The notes beneath the pieces are model-generated. The model saw only the letters and a program-made list of their open reading frames with translations. It was not told where the DNA came from and searched no databases. Below, piece after piece: positions 24,756-35,100 of a DNA stretch of 46,230 nt. The position numbers and the translations under genes were made by a program. Position 1 is the stretch's first letter. Every line of letters begins with the position of its first letter. The stretch is from the sequence record SRR31156797_6322; one strand, given 5' to 3'.

Positions 24756-27161
24756 ATGAAAAAATATATAAACCTTTTAATAATAACACTACTTCTTTCC
24801 GGATTTGCTGCGCAAGCACAGGAAAAAAAGTATGATTTTGAATCTATGACACGGAAGGAAATCTTGCAAATAAGCTATGATGAAATGCTTGAAATGCCTT
24901 TCGAAGATTTGAAAAAAATGGCTGAAGCTGTAGGTGTTTCAACCGATGAATTATTAAAAATGGCGCTTAACCGTGAAGTGAGTTCCGCATCTAAAAAAGG
25001 TGAAAGTGTATTTGAATCACCGCTCTCGACAACAGTTATAACCAAAGAAGAAATACAACTCACCGGGGCAACAACCTATGAAGAGCTGTTTCGTCTTGTG
25101 CCTGGTATGATTGTCCGTCAGGAATCCAATGGTAACTTTGACGTACACATTCGTGGAAATGACAACTTACCACCGGGAAACTTTTCACATTTTTCTGAAA
25201 ACATGATGACATTGGTAATGGTGGATGGTCGTATTGTATACAACTACATCAATGGAGGAACCATATGGGAATCACTTCCGGTAGCTATGTCAGACATTGA
25301 AAGAATTGAAATTATCCGTGGAGCTTCAAGCGCCCTTTATGGTCCCAATGCTGTTTCAGGTGTAATCAATATTATTACCCGTACACCAGATAAAGAGGGT
25401 GTGCATGTGCATGGTGATTTACAAGCCGGAACCAACAATACTTATTTAGGCAACTTTAGCTTCTTAAACAATGTAAACGATAAAATTGGATTTAAGTTAA
25501 GTGGTTCCTATGATTTCAGAGATCGCTTTCAAGATGATTTTTATGAGTATGCTTCCGGAGAATATGTTCCTGCTGATTCATTAACAAGTATGTTTGGTAA
25601 TCCTCTTGCAGCATCATCACCTGACCCAAAAATGAGTAAAAAAGCTTTTAGTGGAAATGCCGGAATCTTCTATGACCTAAACAAGGACGTATCTATGTCT
25701 CTAAATGGAGGATGGCAGTCATCAGAATCACAAAGTACATTTTTTGAAAATCTCGCCACTCCATTTGGAATCAGAACTTCGGAAACAGCCTATTTTGATT
25801 ATGTAGCCAATGCATATGGATTAAAGGCACAAGTTAATTACTTATTCGGAAGTCAAAACCTTCACGAAAAAATGATTAAACCGGTTATTGAGTACGATAT
25901 GAACTTCTTAAGTGCCAATGTAGAATACGACCTTGTATTAAACGATCTTGGAATTGGTGAATTAACAATCTTGCCTGGATTTAACTATCAATTGGCAACT
26001 TACACCGATAAAAAATATGTAGAGGAGATTGATACTGTTGGAGATCTGGATCAAGGTTTATTAAATGGAGAAAAAAAGTTAGAGACCATTTCAGGTAGCG
26101 TACGAATTGATTATAAGCCAATTAGTAGTCTGAGATTAATTGCTGCCTTAAGAGCGGACCAATACAACTACCCTAATGAAATGTATTTCTCATGGCAATT
26201 TGTAGCAGCTTATAATTTAAACAGTAAACATTTTATACGTGGTACATATTCCAGAGCAAACCGTGGATCTTTTATGGGTAATACTTATTCGAATTTTAGA
26301 AATGTTTTAAATGAAAATACCCTTATTGGCCAACAGGAAGTAGCTCCGGGAGTATTTCTACCAGTAATGTTAAATTATAACCAATATTATATAGGCAGCG
26401 ATGAACTTAATCTTCTGACTCAAGACTTGTTCGAAATTGGATATCGCGGAATTATTACTGATTTTTTACAAGTTGACATTGAAGGATTTTATAGTATCTC
26501 TAAAGATTTTGATGCTTTATTACCTAAAAACTACACTTTGACTGGACCAGCGGTTAACGGTAATATGACCGCTGTAGAAATAAACATTGAGGACGAATGG
26601 CATTATCAAAATATTGATATGGAAAGTCAGCAAATGGGTATTACTGCAACAGTTTCTGTTCAGCCCATGGAAAACCTTTTATTCAAAGTATTTGGAACTT
26701 TCCAAACAACAGAATTATCAAATGTTTTAATAGATATCTCATCACTTTACATGGCTGATCCAATGGGTGCATTACCAATACCTGTTGCTGGAATTGCTTA
26801 TGAAGATTTACCAGACGAAGCATTTGAAGATACTAAAAATGAGTGGACACCTTCATTCTATGGAGGTTTTATGGTTAATTACTCTCCAATTAAGAAGTTA
26901 AATTTCAATTTATCAGGCTACTTTTATGGAGAACAAGTTTATTCACGATACTTATATAATAATGCAACATTACAGCACACTACAATGTCAACTAATCTTG
27001 ATCCTAATATCATCCTAAATAGTAAAGTGACTTATCGTGTTACAGATAATTTCTCTGTTTTTGTGAATGCCAGAAACTTATTAAGTCATGGTAAAACAGA
27101 AATGGCTTATAATGATAAAATTAATGGATTGTATTTGGGAGGAATTAGTTTTAACTTTTAA
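24756..27161 (+). CDS. TonB-dependent receptor (plug + barrel), YfiR-associated type
   Basis: Signal peptide; VSSASKK..ESPLSTTVITKEEI, LVMVDGR, IERIEIIRGASSALYGPNAVSGVINIIT; C-terminal GISFNF. Confidence 0.9.
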   Translation: MKKYINLLIITLLLSGFAAQAQEKKYDFESMTRKEILQISYDEMLEMPFEDLKKMAEAVGVSTDELLKMALNREVSSASKKGESVFESPLSTTVITKEEIQLTGATTYEELFRLVPGMIVRQESNGNFDVHIRGNDNLPPGNFSHFSENMMTLVMVDGRIVYNYINGGTIWESLPVAMSDIERIEIIRGASSALYGPNAVSGVINIITRTPDKEGVHVHGDLQAGTNNTYLGNFSFLNNVNDKIGFKLSGSYDFRDRFQDDFYEYASGEYVPADSLTSMFGNPLAASSPDPKMSKKAFSGNAGIFYDLNKDVSMSLNGGWQSSESQSTFFENLATPFGIRTSETAYFDYVANAYGLKAQVNYLFGSQNLHEKMIKPVIEYDMNFLSANVEYDLVLNDLGIGELTILPGFNYQLATYTDKKYVEEIDTVGDLDQGLLNGEKKLETISGSVRIDYKPISSLRLIAALRADQYNYPNEMYFSWQFVAAYNLNSKHFIRGTYSRANRGSFMGNTYSNFRNVLNENTLIGQQEVAPGVFLPVMLNYNQYYIGSDELNLLTQDLFEIGYRGIITDFLQVDIEGFYSISKDFDALLPKNYTLTGPAVNGNMTAVEINIEDEWHYQNIDMESQQMGITATVSVQPMENLLFKVFGTFQTTELSNVLIDISSLYMADPMGALPIPVAGIAYEDLPDEAFEDTKNEWTPSFYGGFMVNYSPIKKLNFNLSGYFYGEQVYSRYLYNNATLQHTTMSTNLDPNIILNSKVTYRVTDNFSVFVNARNLLSHGKTEMAYNDKINGLYLGGISFNF

Positions 27162-27188
27162 AAAACTCCGCAACTCTAAAACTAAATA

Positions 27189-27230
27189 GAGGCCGTCTCA
27201 ATAGTATAACTTTGAGACGGCTTTTTTATT
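27189..27230 (+). terminator. Intrinsic terminator after the TonB receptor
   Basis: GAGGCCGTCTCAA-N10-TTGAGACGGCTTT followed by Ts. Confidence 0.75.
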
Positions 27231-27310
27231 CATAGTTAAATATTCAATAATTGTTAAATCAATCTGCTTAATTATCTTTATTAAAAGTTTAAGATGATAA
27301 ATTCCTTGAA

Positions 27311-29554
27311 ATGAATTCAAAAATTATTAACTCTGGAATAATTCTTTTAGTTATTGCTGCACTAATTATGTTGCTACAAAGCAACTCCTTTTCCCAGAAT
27401 CTTCATGTTAAGGATAGTTTATTGCAAGAGCTTTCTGTAGCAAATAGCAGTAAAAAAAAGGTTGAAATCATGATTGAAATAAGCAGAGGTTATAATCGAT
27501 CGCATCAGGAAGAAAAATATAAATATCTTGAGAAGGCTTTAGCTTTATCTAAAAAAACTAATTATGATTTAGGAGTTGGGAAATCATATTTCTCAATTGG
27601 ATTTATATTTTTTAATAGAGGAGAATTCGATATTGCAAAAAAATACTTTGATACAGCCTCTTTATTTTTAATGAACTCAAATGACTATAAGGCTATAGGT
27701 AAACTTTATAATATTTACGGGAGAATATATACAGAGGACTTTAAGTTTGATTCTGCACGTATGGTTTTTGAGATAGCTTTAAGTTATTCGGATAGTGCGA
27801 ATCTTGAGCTTATAAGATTAGATACATATGTTAATCTGGGAACTTTAAATTTCTATGAGAATAAATATGAAGAAGCTGAGAAATACTATCGTAAAGGATT
27901 GAAAATTGCTGAACAAATAGATAATAAGAAAGATATAGCTATGTTTTTGTCGAATATTGGAAATGTGTTGGCAATTAAGGGAGATTTGGTAAGCGCTCTT
28001 GATAATTATATTAAAGCATCAGAATACTTTACTAAGGTTGAAGACAAAAGTGGCTTGGCAGATTGCCTGAATAATATTGGGCTAGTTAATCTTTTTTTGG
28101 AGAGATTTGAGAAATCAATTCTTTATTTCAATGAGTCAAAGGAATTATACCTATCATTAGGTGCTAAACGTAAATATGTAAACAGCTTTAGCAACATCGG
28201 GAAAGCCTATGTGGGACTTCAAGAATACAAAAAAGCTGAAAAGAATTTGTCAATGGCTTTAAGAATCTCAAAACAAATCAATGATAAGTATCAAATTGTC
28301 AATTCATTTGTTCAACTAGGTAATTTGTATTCGTCTGTCGGCGATTACAAAAAAGCCAAAGAAAACTACTTGAATGCATTAGAAATCAACACAGAATATG
28401 ATGATGAATTAATTCAATTAGATTGTTATGAAAATATGGCAAAAATTGAAAGTAAATATGGAAATCTGTCAGAAGCAACAACCTATGCATTGAAAGCTTT
28501 AAGCTTAGCAAAAAAACTAAATTATAAACTAAACATTCGGGATTCATATGAAATTCTTTCAAAAGTATATGAAAGAACAGGTCAACATAAAATGGCACTA
28601 AAATATTATAAGTTATATAAAATAACCTTTGATAGTATTTTCAACGCTGAAAACAGGAATCAAATAAATGAATTAGAAACTAAATATCAAACTCAAAGAA
28701 AGCAACAGCAAATAGAACTGCAAGAATCAATTTTAGCAAAACAAAATGCTGAACTAGAGCAAAGTAAATTGCTTCGAAAAACATTAGTTGGGGGATTAAT
28801 TGCCTTATTTTTAATAGTTTCTATAGTCAGTTATGCGTATATTATCAAACGTAAATCTAATATCAAAATCAACAAGCAAAAAGAAAAAATTGAATCGCAA
28901 ACAGAGATTTTAAAAGAAGCAAATATTGTATTGCAACAGCAAGCTCTTAGTGCTCAGATGAACCCTCATTTTATGTTTAATTCATTAAACTCTGTGCAAA
29001 GCTATATACTCAAAAATGACAGAATAAAATCTAGTGAATATTTGTCAAAGTTTAGTCGTTTAATGCGAAAAGTATTAGATAACTCACAAGAATCATTTAT
29101 TACCTTAAACGATGAGTTTGAAGCCCTAAACTTATACATTGAAATGGAGCTAATTCGATTTAAGGATAGTTTTAGCTATAATTTGATTATTCCGGCAGAT
29201 ATAAATCTTAGTAAATACGAAATCCCTCCACTAATTATACAGCCTTTTGCTGAGAATGCTATTCATCATGGATTGAGGAATAAAAAAGGTGATAAGAATT
29301 TAAAAATTGAAGTATTTGAAAATGCCAACTTTATTAATATAATTATTGAGGATAATGGGATTGGTAGAGCTGAAGCACAAAAACTAAAAAAGAGCAAAAT
29401 AAACGCATACAAATCCTATGGAACCTTAATTACGGCCAAAAGAATAGACCTTTTTAAAGAATCTTATAATCATAAAATTGATCTTAAAGTTATAGACTTA
29501 ATTTCAGATAATGGAGAACCTACTGGCACTAGAATTGAAATAGAACTGCGTTGA
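27311..29554 (+). CDS. Periplasmic-TPR sensor histidine kinase (LytS/YehU type)
   Basis: Signal/TM, many TPRs (N.G..Y...Y..AL), ELETKYQT coiled coil, TM helix, AQMNPHFMFNSLN H-box, QPFAENAIHHG, IEDNGIG. Confidence 0.9.
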   Translation: MNSKIINSGIILLVIAALIMLLQSNSFSQNLHVKDSLLQELSVANSSKKKVEIMIEISRGYNRSHQEEKYKYLEKALALSKKTNYDLGVGKSYFSIGFIFFNRGEFDIAKKYFDTASLFLMNSNDYKAIGKLYNIYGRIYTEDFKFDSARMVFEIALSYSDSANLELIRLDTYVNLGTLNFYENKYEEAEKYYRKGLKIAEQIDNKKDIAMFLSNIGNVLAIKGDLVSALDNYIKASEYFTKVEDKSGLADCLNNIGLVNLFLERFEKSILYFNESKELYLSLGAKRKYVNSFSNIGKAYVGLQEYKKAEKNLSMALRISKQINDKYQIVNSFVQLGNLYSSVGDYKKAKENYLNALEINTEYDDELIQLDCYENMAKIESKYGNLSEATTYALKALSLAKKLNYKLNIRDSYEILSKVYERTGQHKMALKYYKLYKITFDSIFNAENRNQINELETKYQTQRKQQQIELQESILAKQNAELEQSKLLRKTLVGGLIALFLIVSIVSYAYIIKRKSNIKINKQKEKIESQTEILKEANIVLQQQALSAQMNPHFMFNSLNSVQSYILKNDRIKSSEYLSKFSRLMRKVLDNSQESFITLNDEFEALNLYIEMELIRFKDSFSYNLIIPADINLSKYEIPPLIIQPFAENAIHHGLRNKKGDKNLKIEVFENANFINIIIEDNGIGRAEAQKLKKSKINAYKSYGTLITAKRIDLFKESYNHKIDLKVIDLISDNGEPTGTRIEIELR

Positions 29555-29585
29555 CAGAAAACACATATCATTCTCTTTTAACGAA

Positions 29586-29615
29586 AAAACCATCGAAGCT
29601 AGCCTCGATGGTTTT
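29586..29615. terminator. Bidirectional terminator between the kinase and lpxA
   Basis: AAAACCATCGA-N8-TCGATGGTTTT between convergent genes. Confidence 0.75.
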
Positions 29616-29672
29616 AACTTTTTATATATGAAAACTTGTTAATCTATTTTGGAAAGAGTCATAGTAATAAAA

Positions 29673-30455
29673 TTATTCTGCAGTATAACCTTTCATCAAA
29701 CCTCGTTGAGAGCTTTTTACGAACATCACAACTTCATCTCTTTCAGGACTGGCTGGTAATTCAGTCTCAATCAATTTTACAGCTTCACTGTTATTTAATC
29801 CTTGCTGAAAAACAATTCTATAAATATTTTGAATTTCCTGAATTTTCTCATTAGAGAATTGACGACGACGTAATCCAATTGAGTTCACGCCTGCATATGA
29901 GATAGGATGACGCGCTGCTTTTACATATGGAGGAATATCTTTTCCAATCAATGAACCTCCTGAAATCATCACATGCTTTCCTACGCGACAAAACTGGTGA
30001 ATTGCACTCATTCCACCAACAATAGCAAAATCATCTATTTCAACCTCACCTGCTAATTGTGTAGCGTTTGCAATAATAATATTGTTTCCTAAAATACAAT
30101 CGTGAGCAAGGTGACTATAGGCCATAATAAGATTGTTGTTTCCCATTACAGTTTTTTGCTTGGCAGCAGTACCCCTATTAATGGTTACACACTCACGAAT
30201 AGTATTGTTATCGCCAATCTCAACAGTTGTTTTTTCACCCTGGAATTTCAAGTCTTGTGGAATAGCACTAATAACAGCACCAGGGAATATTTTATTATTT
30301 TTCCCTATTCTGGCACCATTCATAATGGTTACATTTGGTCCAATCCAGGTTCCATCGCCAACTACCACATCTTCTTCAATAGTTGTAAAAGGTGATACAA
30401 CTACATCTTTACCTATTTTTGCGTTGGGATGAATATTAGTCATGTTATTGCTCAT
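29673..30455 (-). CDS. lpxA: Acyl-ACP--UDP-N-acetylglucosamine O-acyltransferase
   Basis: Hexapeptide repeats, PQDLKF, IRECVTINRGT, MAYSHLAHDC, HQF, GVNSIGLRRR. Confidence 0.96.
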   Translation of the reverse strand: MSNNMTNIHPNAKIGKDVVVSPFTTIEEDVVVGDGTWIGPNVTIMNGARIGKNNKIFPGAVISAIPQDLKFQGEKTTVEIGDNNTIRECVTINRGTAAKQKTVMGNNNLIMAYSHLAHDCILGNNIIIANATQLAGEVEIDDFAIVGGMSAIHQFCRVGKHVMISGGSLIGKDIPPYVKAARHPISYAGVNSIGLRRRQFSNEKIQEIQNIYRIVFQQGLNNSEAVKLIETELPASPERDEVVMFVKSSQRGLMKGYTAE

Positions 30456-30466
30456 GATATCTAAGG

Positions 30467-31864
30467 TTAGTTATTTTTAACTTTCGTGATTTGTGCCATT
30501 AGTTCAGCTTCCATTACCATAGTCTCACCCACGTAAGCTTTTCCTTTCATGTGAGCTAAACCTCGGCGTATTGGTTCCATTAATTCAAGATCGAATATAA
30601 GTGTATCTCCAGGTACCACCATTTTCTTGAATTTCACGCCATCAATCTTTAAGAAATATGTCAGATAATTCTCTGGATCTTCGACAGTATTTAACACCAA
30701 AATGCCTCCAACCTGCGCCATGGCTTCAACTTGCAAAACTCCTGGCATTACCGGGGACCCAGGAAAATGACCCACGAAAAATGGCTCATTCATTGTCACG
30801 TTTTTAACTCCTGTTACACGCTCTTGATCAAGGTGAATAATGCGATCAACCAATAAAAATGGTGAACGGTGTGGAAGTACCTCCTGAATGCCTACCACAT
30901 CATAAACCGGAGCTTTATTTGGGTCATACTCAGGTATATTTAGTTTCTTGCGATTCTTTTTGATGTTTTGACGAATCTTTTTAGCTACTTCTGTATTGGC
31001 GAAGTGACCAGGACGTTTTGCCACAACTTTACCTTTGATGGGTTTGCCGATTAGGTAAAAGTCACCCACAAGATCTAATAGTTTGTGACGTGCAGGTTCG
31101 TTTGGATAATGCAATTCAAGATTATTTAGATAACCAGCTTCAACTTTAATTGAAGGTTTATTGAAAAGTCCAGCTAAACGGTCAACATCTTTTTGTGGTA
31201 CTTCGTGCTCAACAACCACAATAGCGTTATCAAGGCTACCACCTTTGATTAAATTGTTATTGAAAAGGAATTCCAACTCATGCCAAAAAGCAAAAGTTCT
31301 GGCTTTTGACATGTTATCTGCAAAATCATCAATCGAAGTCAAGCTTGCATATTGGTGACCAAGTACTTTAGAATTATAATCAATCATAACATCTACACTG
31401 AAATGATCATCAGGGTAAATGCTGATTTCAATTCCTTTCTCAGGTACCGAAAATTCAATTTTTTCTTTTATTTCATAATATTGACGTTCCTCTTTTTGCT
31501 CTTCATTTCCAATTTCTTTGAATTTTTGAACAAAATAAGTTGAGCTTCCATCCATAATTGGAATTTCATCAGCGTCAATCTCTATCAATGCATTGTCTAT
31601 TCTTAAACCGTGCAAAGCAGCCATTAAATGCTCAATGGTGTGAATCGTTACATCATCTTTGCGAATAGTTGTACCGCGTGAAGTATCAACCACATAATCT
31701 GCTAATGCAGGAACTCTGTTGTCATTATCTATATCGGTGCGGTTAAAAACGATACCATGATTTTCAGGTGCCGGCTTAACCACCATTGTAACTTCGTGTC
31801 CGGTGTGAATGCCTAATCCTTTGAATGTTGCGCTTTCTTTAAGCGTGTGTTGCATTTCCTTCAT
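30467..31864 (-). CDS. lpxC: Bifunctional LpxC deacetylase / FabZ dehydratase
   Basis: GLGIHTG, TIEHLMAAL, PIMDGS, ARTF, RHKLLDLVGD, GH; FabZ part LPHRSPFLLVD, GHFPGSPVMPGVLQVEAMAQ. Start moved to 31864 (MKEMQHTL); a TATTTTTG box lies at 31894-31887. Confidence 0.96.
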   Translation of the reverse strand: MKEMQHTLKESATFKGLGIHTGHEVTMVVKPAPENHGIVFNRTDIDNDNRVPALADYVVDTSRGTTIRKDDVTIHTIEHLMAALHGLRIDNALIEIDADEIPIMDGSSTYFVQKFKEIGNEEQKEERQYYEIKEKIEFSVPEKGIEISIYPDDHFSVDVMIDYNSKVLGHQYASLTSIDDFADNMSKARTFAFWHELEFLFNNNLIKGGSLDNAIVVVEHEVPQKDVDRLAGLFNKPSIKVEAGYLNNLELHYPNEPARHKLLDLVGDFYLIGKPIKGKVVAKRPGHFANTEVAKKIRQNIKKNRKKLNIPEYDPNKAPVYDVVGIQEVLPHRSPFLLVDRIIHLDQERVTGVKNVTMNEPFFVGHFPGSPVMPGVLQVEAMAQVGGILVLNTVEDPENYLTYFLKIDGVKFKKMVVPGDTLIFDLELMEPIRRGLAHMKGKAYVGETMVMEAELMAQITKVKNN

Positions 31865-32106
31865 AACCTCAAATTTCAAAATTGCACAAAAATAAAGATT
31901 ATCCTGAAAATTCATCCATATGTGGAGATAATTTTAGGTTAATCTTAAATAAAGCCGTAAAAATAACGCTTTTAATCGGGAACTGTTTAATTTTTAGAAT
32001 TTTATTTGCTAAAATGCACCTAATATTACGTAAAGAGTAGAAAGCCAAGTTCCTTATTAAACAGAAATTAATTGTTGCTCAAACATTAAATGGAAATATT
32101 GTATTT

Positions 32107-32114
32107 TATCTTTG
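32107..32114 (+). promoter_or_regulatory. Bacteroidota -7 element
   Basis: TATCTTTG ending 18 nt upstream of the ATG at 32133. Confidence 0.6.
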
Positions 32115-32132
32115 TTGGCAAAATTGATTTGA

Positions 32133-35100
32133 ATGCAAAAAATCCAAATATTCGGGGCGAAAGAAAATAACCTTAAAAATATTGACATTGATATACCACA
32201 TCATCAATTGACTATTATCACGGGACTTTCAGGTAGTGGAAAAAGTAGTCTGGTTAGGGATATTTTGCAGCGCGAAGGTCAACGAATGTACCTTGAAACA
32301 CTTTCAGCCTATAGTCGGTCGAGGTTAGGAAAAATCAGACCTGCAAAAGTTACAGATATTCAAGGATTGCTTCCGGTAATTAGCATCGGCCAGACGCATG
32401 TGCAAGCTAACCGAAGGTCAACAGCAGGAACCTTTAGCGATATTTCTCCGTTATTCAGACAGTTATTCTCTCGGTTTAATGACCAAAAGGAAAAAGTGCT
32501 TCGAAATTCCTTTTCTTTTAATTCCGAAAAAGGATGGTGTCCGCATTGCAAAGGATTAGGCATTGAAGAATATATTGATATTAGAAAGCTAATTGCAGAC
32601 CCTAACAAATCGCTCAGAAAAGGAGCTTTGGTGATAACCTTACCCAATGGCTACACCATATACTCACAGGTTACTATAGGTGAATTGCAAAAAGTATGTA
32701 GCCATCATGGGTTTTCAGTAGATATACCATGGAAGTCGTTATCAAAAGAGCAGCAGAATATTATTTTAAATGGGAGCACTAATGTAAAAGTCTTATATGG
32801 CAAACATTCTTTTGAATCACGTATGAAGTGGACCGGAATGACTGCCAAACCACGTGAAGAGGGATTTTACAAGGGTATTATTCCTGTGATGGAAGACATT
32901 CTGCGAAGAGACCGAAATGACAATATCTTAAAATTTGTATCGGCAAAAACTTGCTCAGCCTGCCAGGGTGAAAAAATCAATGAACAATCAAGAAAATTGA
33001 CCTGGAAAGGACTAAGGTATCCTGAGCTCGAGCAAATGTCTTTCAACCAAATTTTAGAGCAGTTTGAAAAAACAAAAACAGACTCTAAAGCGGAATATTT
33101 GCTAGTAAACTCCATTAAAAAGCAAATTGAAAAGCTTTGCACCTTAAGTGTTGGCCATATTTCACCTAATCGCTTAAGCGAAACATTGTCTCAGGGTGAA
33201 CTGCGCCGAATGCGTTTGGCACAACTAAACCATAGCGGGTTAACAGGAATTTTATATTTATTTGACGAGCCTTCAATAGGTTTACATATACGTGATGTGA
33301 ATTCACTCATCAAAACCTTTTACAACCTTGTAAATAAAGGAAATACAGTCATTGTAGTTGAACATAATGATCAAATAATACGGGCAGCCCAGCATCTTGT
33401 TGAGCTTGGGCCCGGAGCCGGTAAATATGGAGGAGAAATTATTCTAAATAATTCATTGTCAAACATCAAAAAGCAGCTATCAAAAAAAAGTCTGCTAAAA
33501 GAAATTCTTTTCCCTAAGAAAAATATTCTTAATAATAAAACGCCAGCTGAAACAACACAAGATACTTTTGATATCAATATTAAGAACGCGAATAATATTA
33601 AAAACCAAGTTTTTCAATTCGCAAGAAATCAAATCAATGTCATCACAGGTGTCTCAGGAGCCGGAAAAAGCACATTAATTACACACGGATTATTAGAAAC
33701 GAAAGTATTTGAAGAAGTTATTTACATTGATCAAAAACCTATTGGACGAACAAGCCGAAGTAACCCGGCCACTTATACCGGACTTTTCGATGAGTTGAGA
33801 AAACTATTTGCCCAAACCTCTGAAGCAAAACTAAATAAACTTAAAGCAGGCCATTTCTCATTTAATAATAAACAAGGCCAGTGCGAAGCATGTCTGGGTA
33901 CAGGAATCATTAAGACCGGAATGCACATTTTTGAAGATCTCTTGCAAGAATGCCCTGTATGTAATGGAAAAAGATACAAACCGGAAATCTTAAATATTCA
34001 TTTCGAAAACCAAAATATTGCTAACATGCTGGAAATGAGCATTAATGAAGCGGCAGACTTTTTTAAAAACAACACAAAAATTTATGCTTATCTAGAGATT
34101 TTACAAAAACTTGGTTTAGGTTATTTACACCTTGGCCAATCCTCCACTACCCTTTCCGGAGGCGAAGCTCAAAGAATAAAACTGGCATCAGAACTATATA
34201 AAAAAACTAAGAAAGAATCATTGTATATCTTAGATGAACCCACAACAGGATTGCACAATGCAAATATCAGCATGCTTCTAGATGCTTTGCAAGAATTAAA
34301 AGAATTAGGACACACAATAGTTTTGGTTGAACATGATGAGCAGATTATAGCGAATGCCGACTGGATTGTCGATATTGGTCCTGAGGGGGGTGAAAACGGA
34401 GGAAAAATGATGTTTTGCGGGCCTTACAATAGCTTCATCTCACAACATAAAAGTCCAACCACAAAAGCTCTGCTTTCTGTTGATTCAAGTCATAAATTCA
34501 ACAATCTGACTGTGGAACCATCTATCCACCTAGAGGGCATCAGTACAAATAATCTAAAAGGTATTAATATTCACATTCCGGCTCAACAATTCGTTGTGTT
34601 TACAGGAGTTTCGGGTAGTGGCAAAACAAGCCTGCTGATTGATACTATACATGCTGAAGGTCAACGATTGTTTACCGAAAATATGAGCTCTTACCGAAGG
34701 CTTCATCTCAAAATGAGATCATCTGCAAGCTTAAAATACACACACAGCATTATGCCAACCATTGCCATTACAGCTGATGAACAAAAACCCGATATTCGGA
34801 GCACAGCATCTTCGCTGAGTGGTTTGTATGATTTAATGCGCTTGTTGTATGCTCGATTTGCTACGAAACCAGATAGCAAAACGGTGACAGCGGCTGATTT
34901 TTCACTAAATAATGAATACGCTGTTTGCCAAAATTGTGAGGGAACAGGTTTTGAAAAACGTTGTTTAACCAAACAAATCATCATCGATCCGGATCAATCA
35001 GTGCTTGAAGGCGCACTAATTGATCATAAAACTACCAACTACTTTATTTCGCCTCAAAATAAATATCGGTGGATACTTGTCGCAATGGCTAAAAGTCAAA

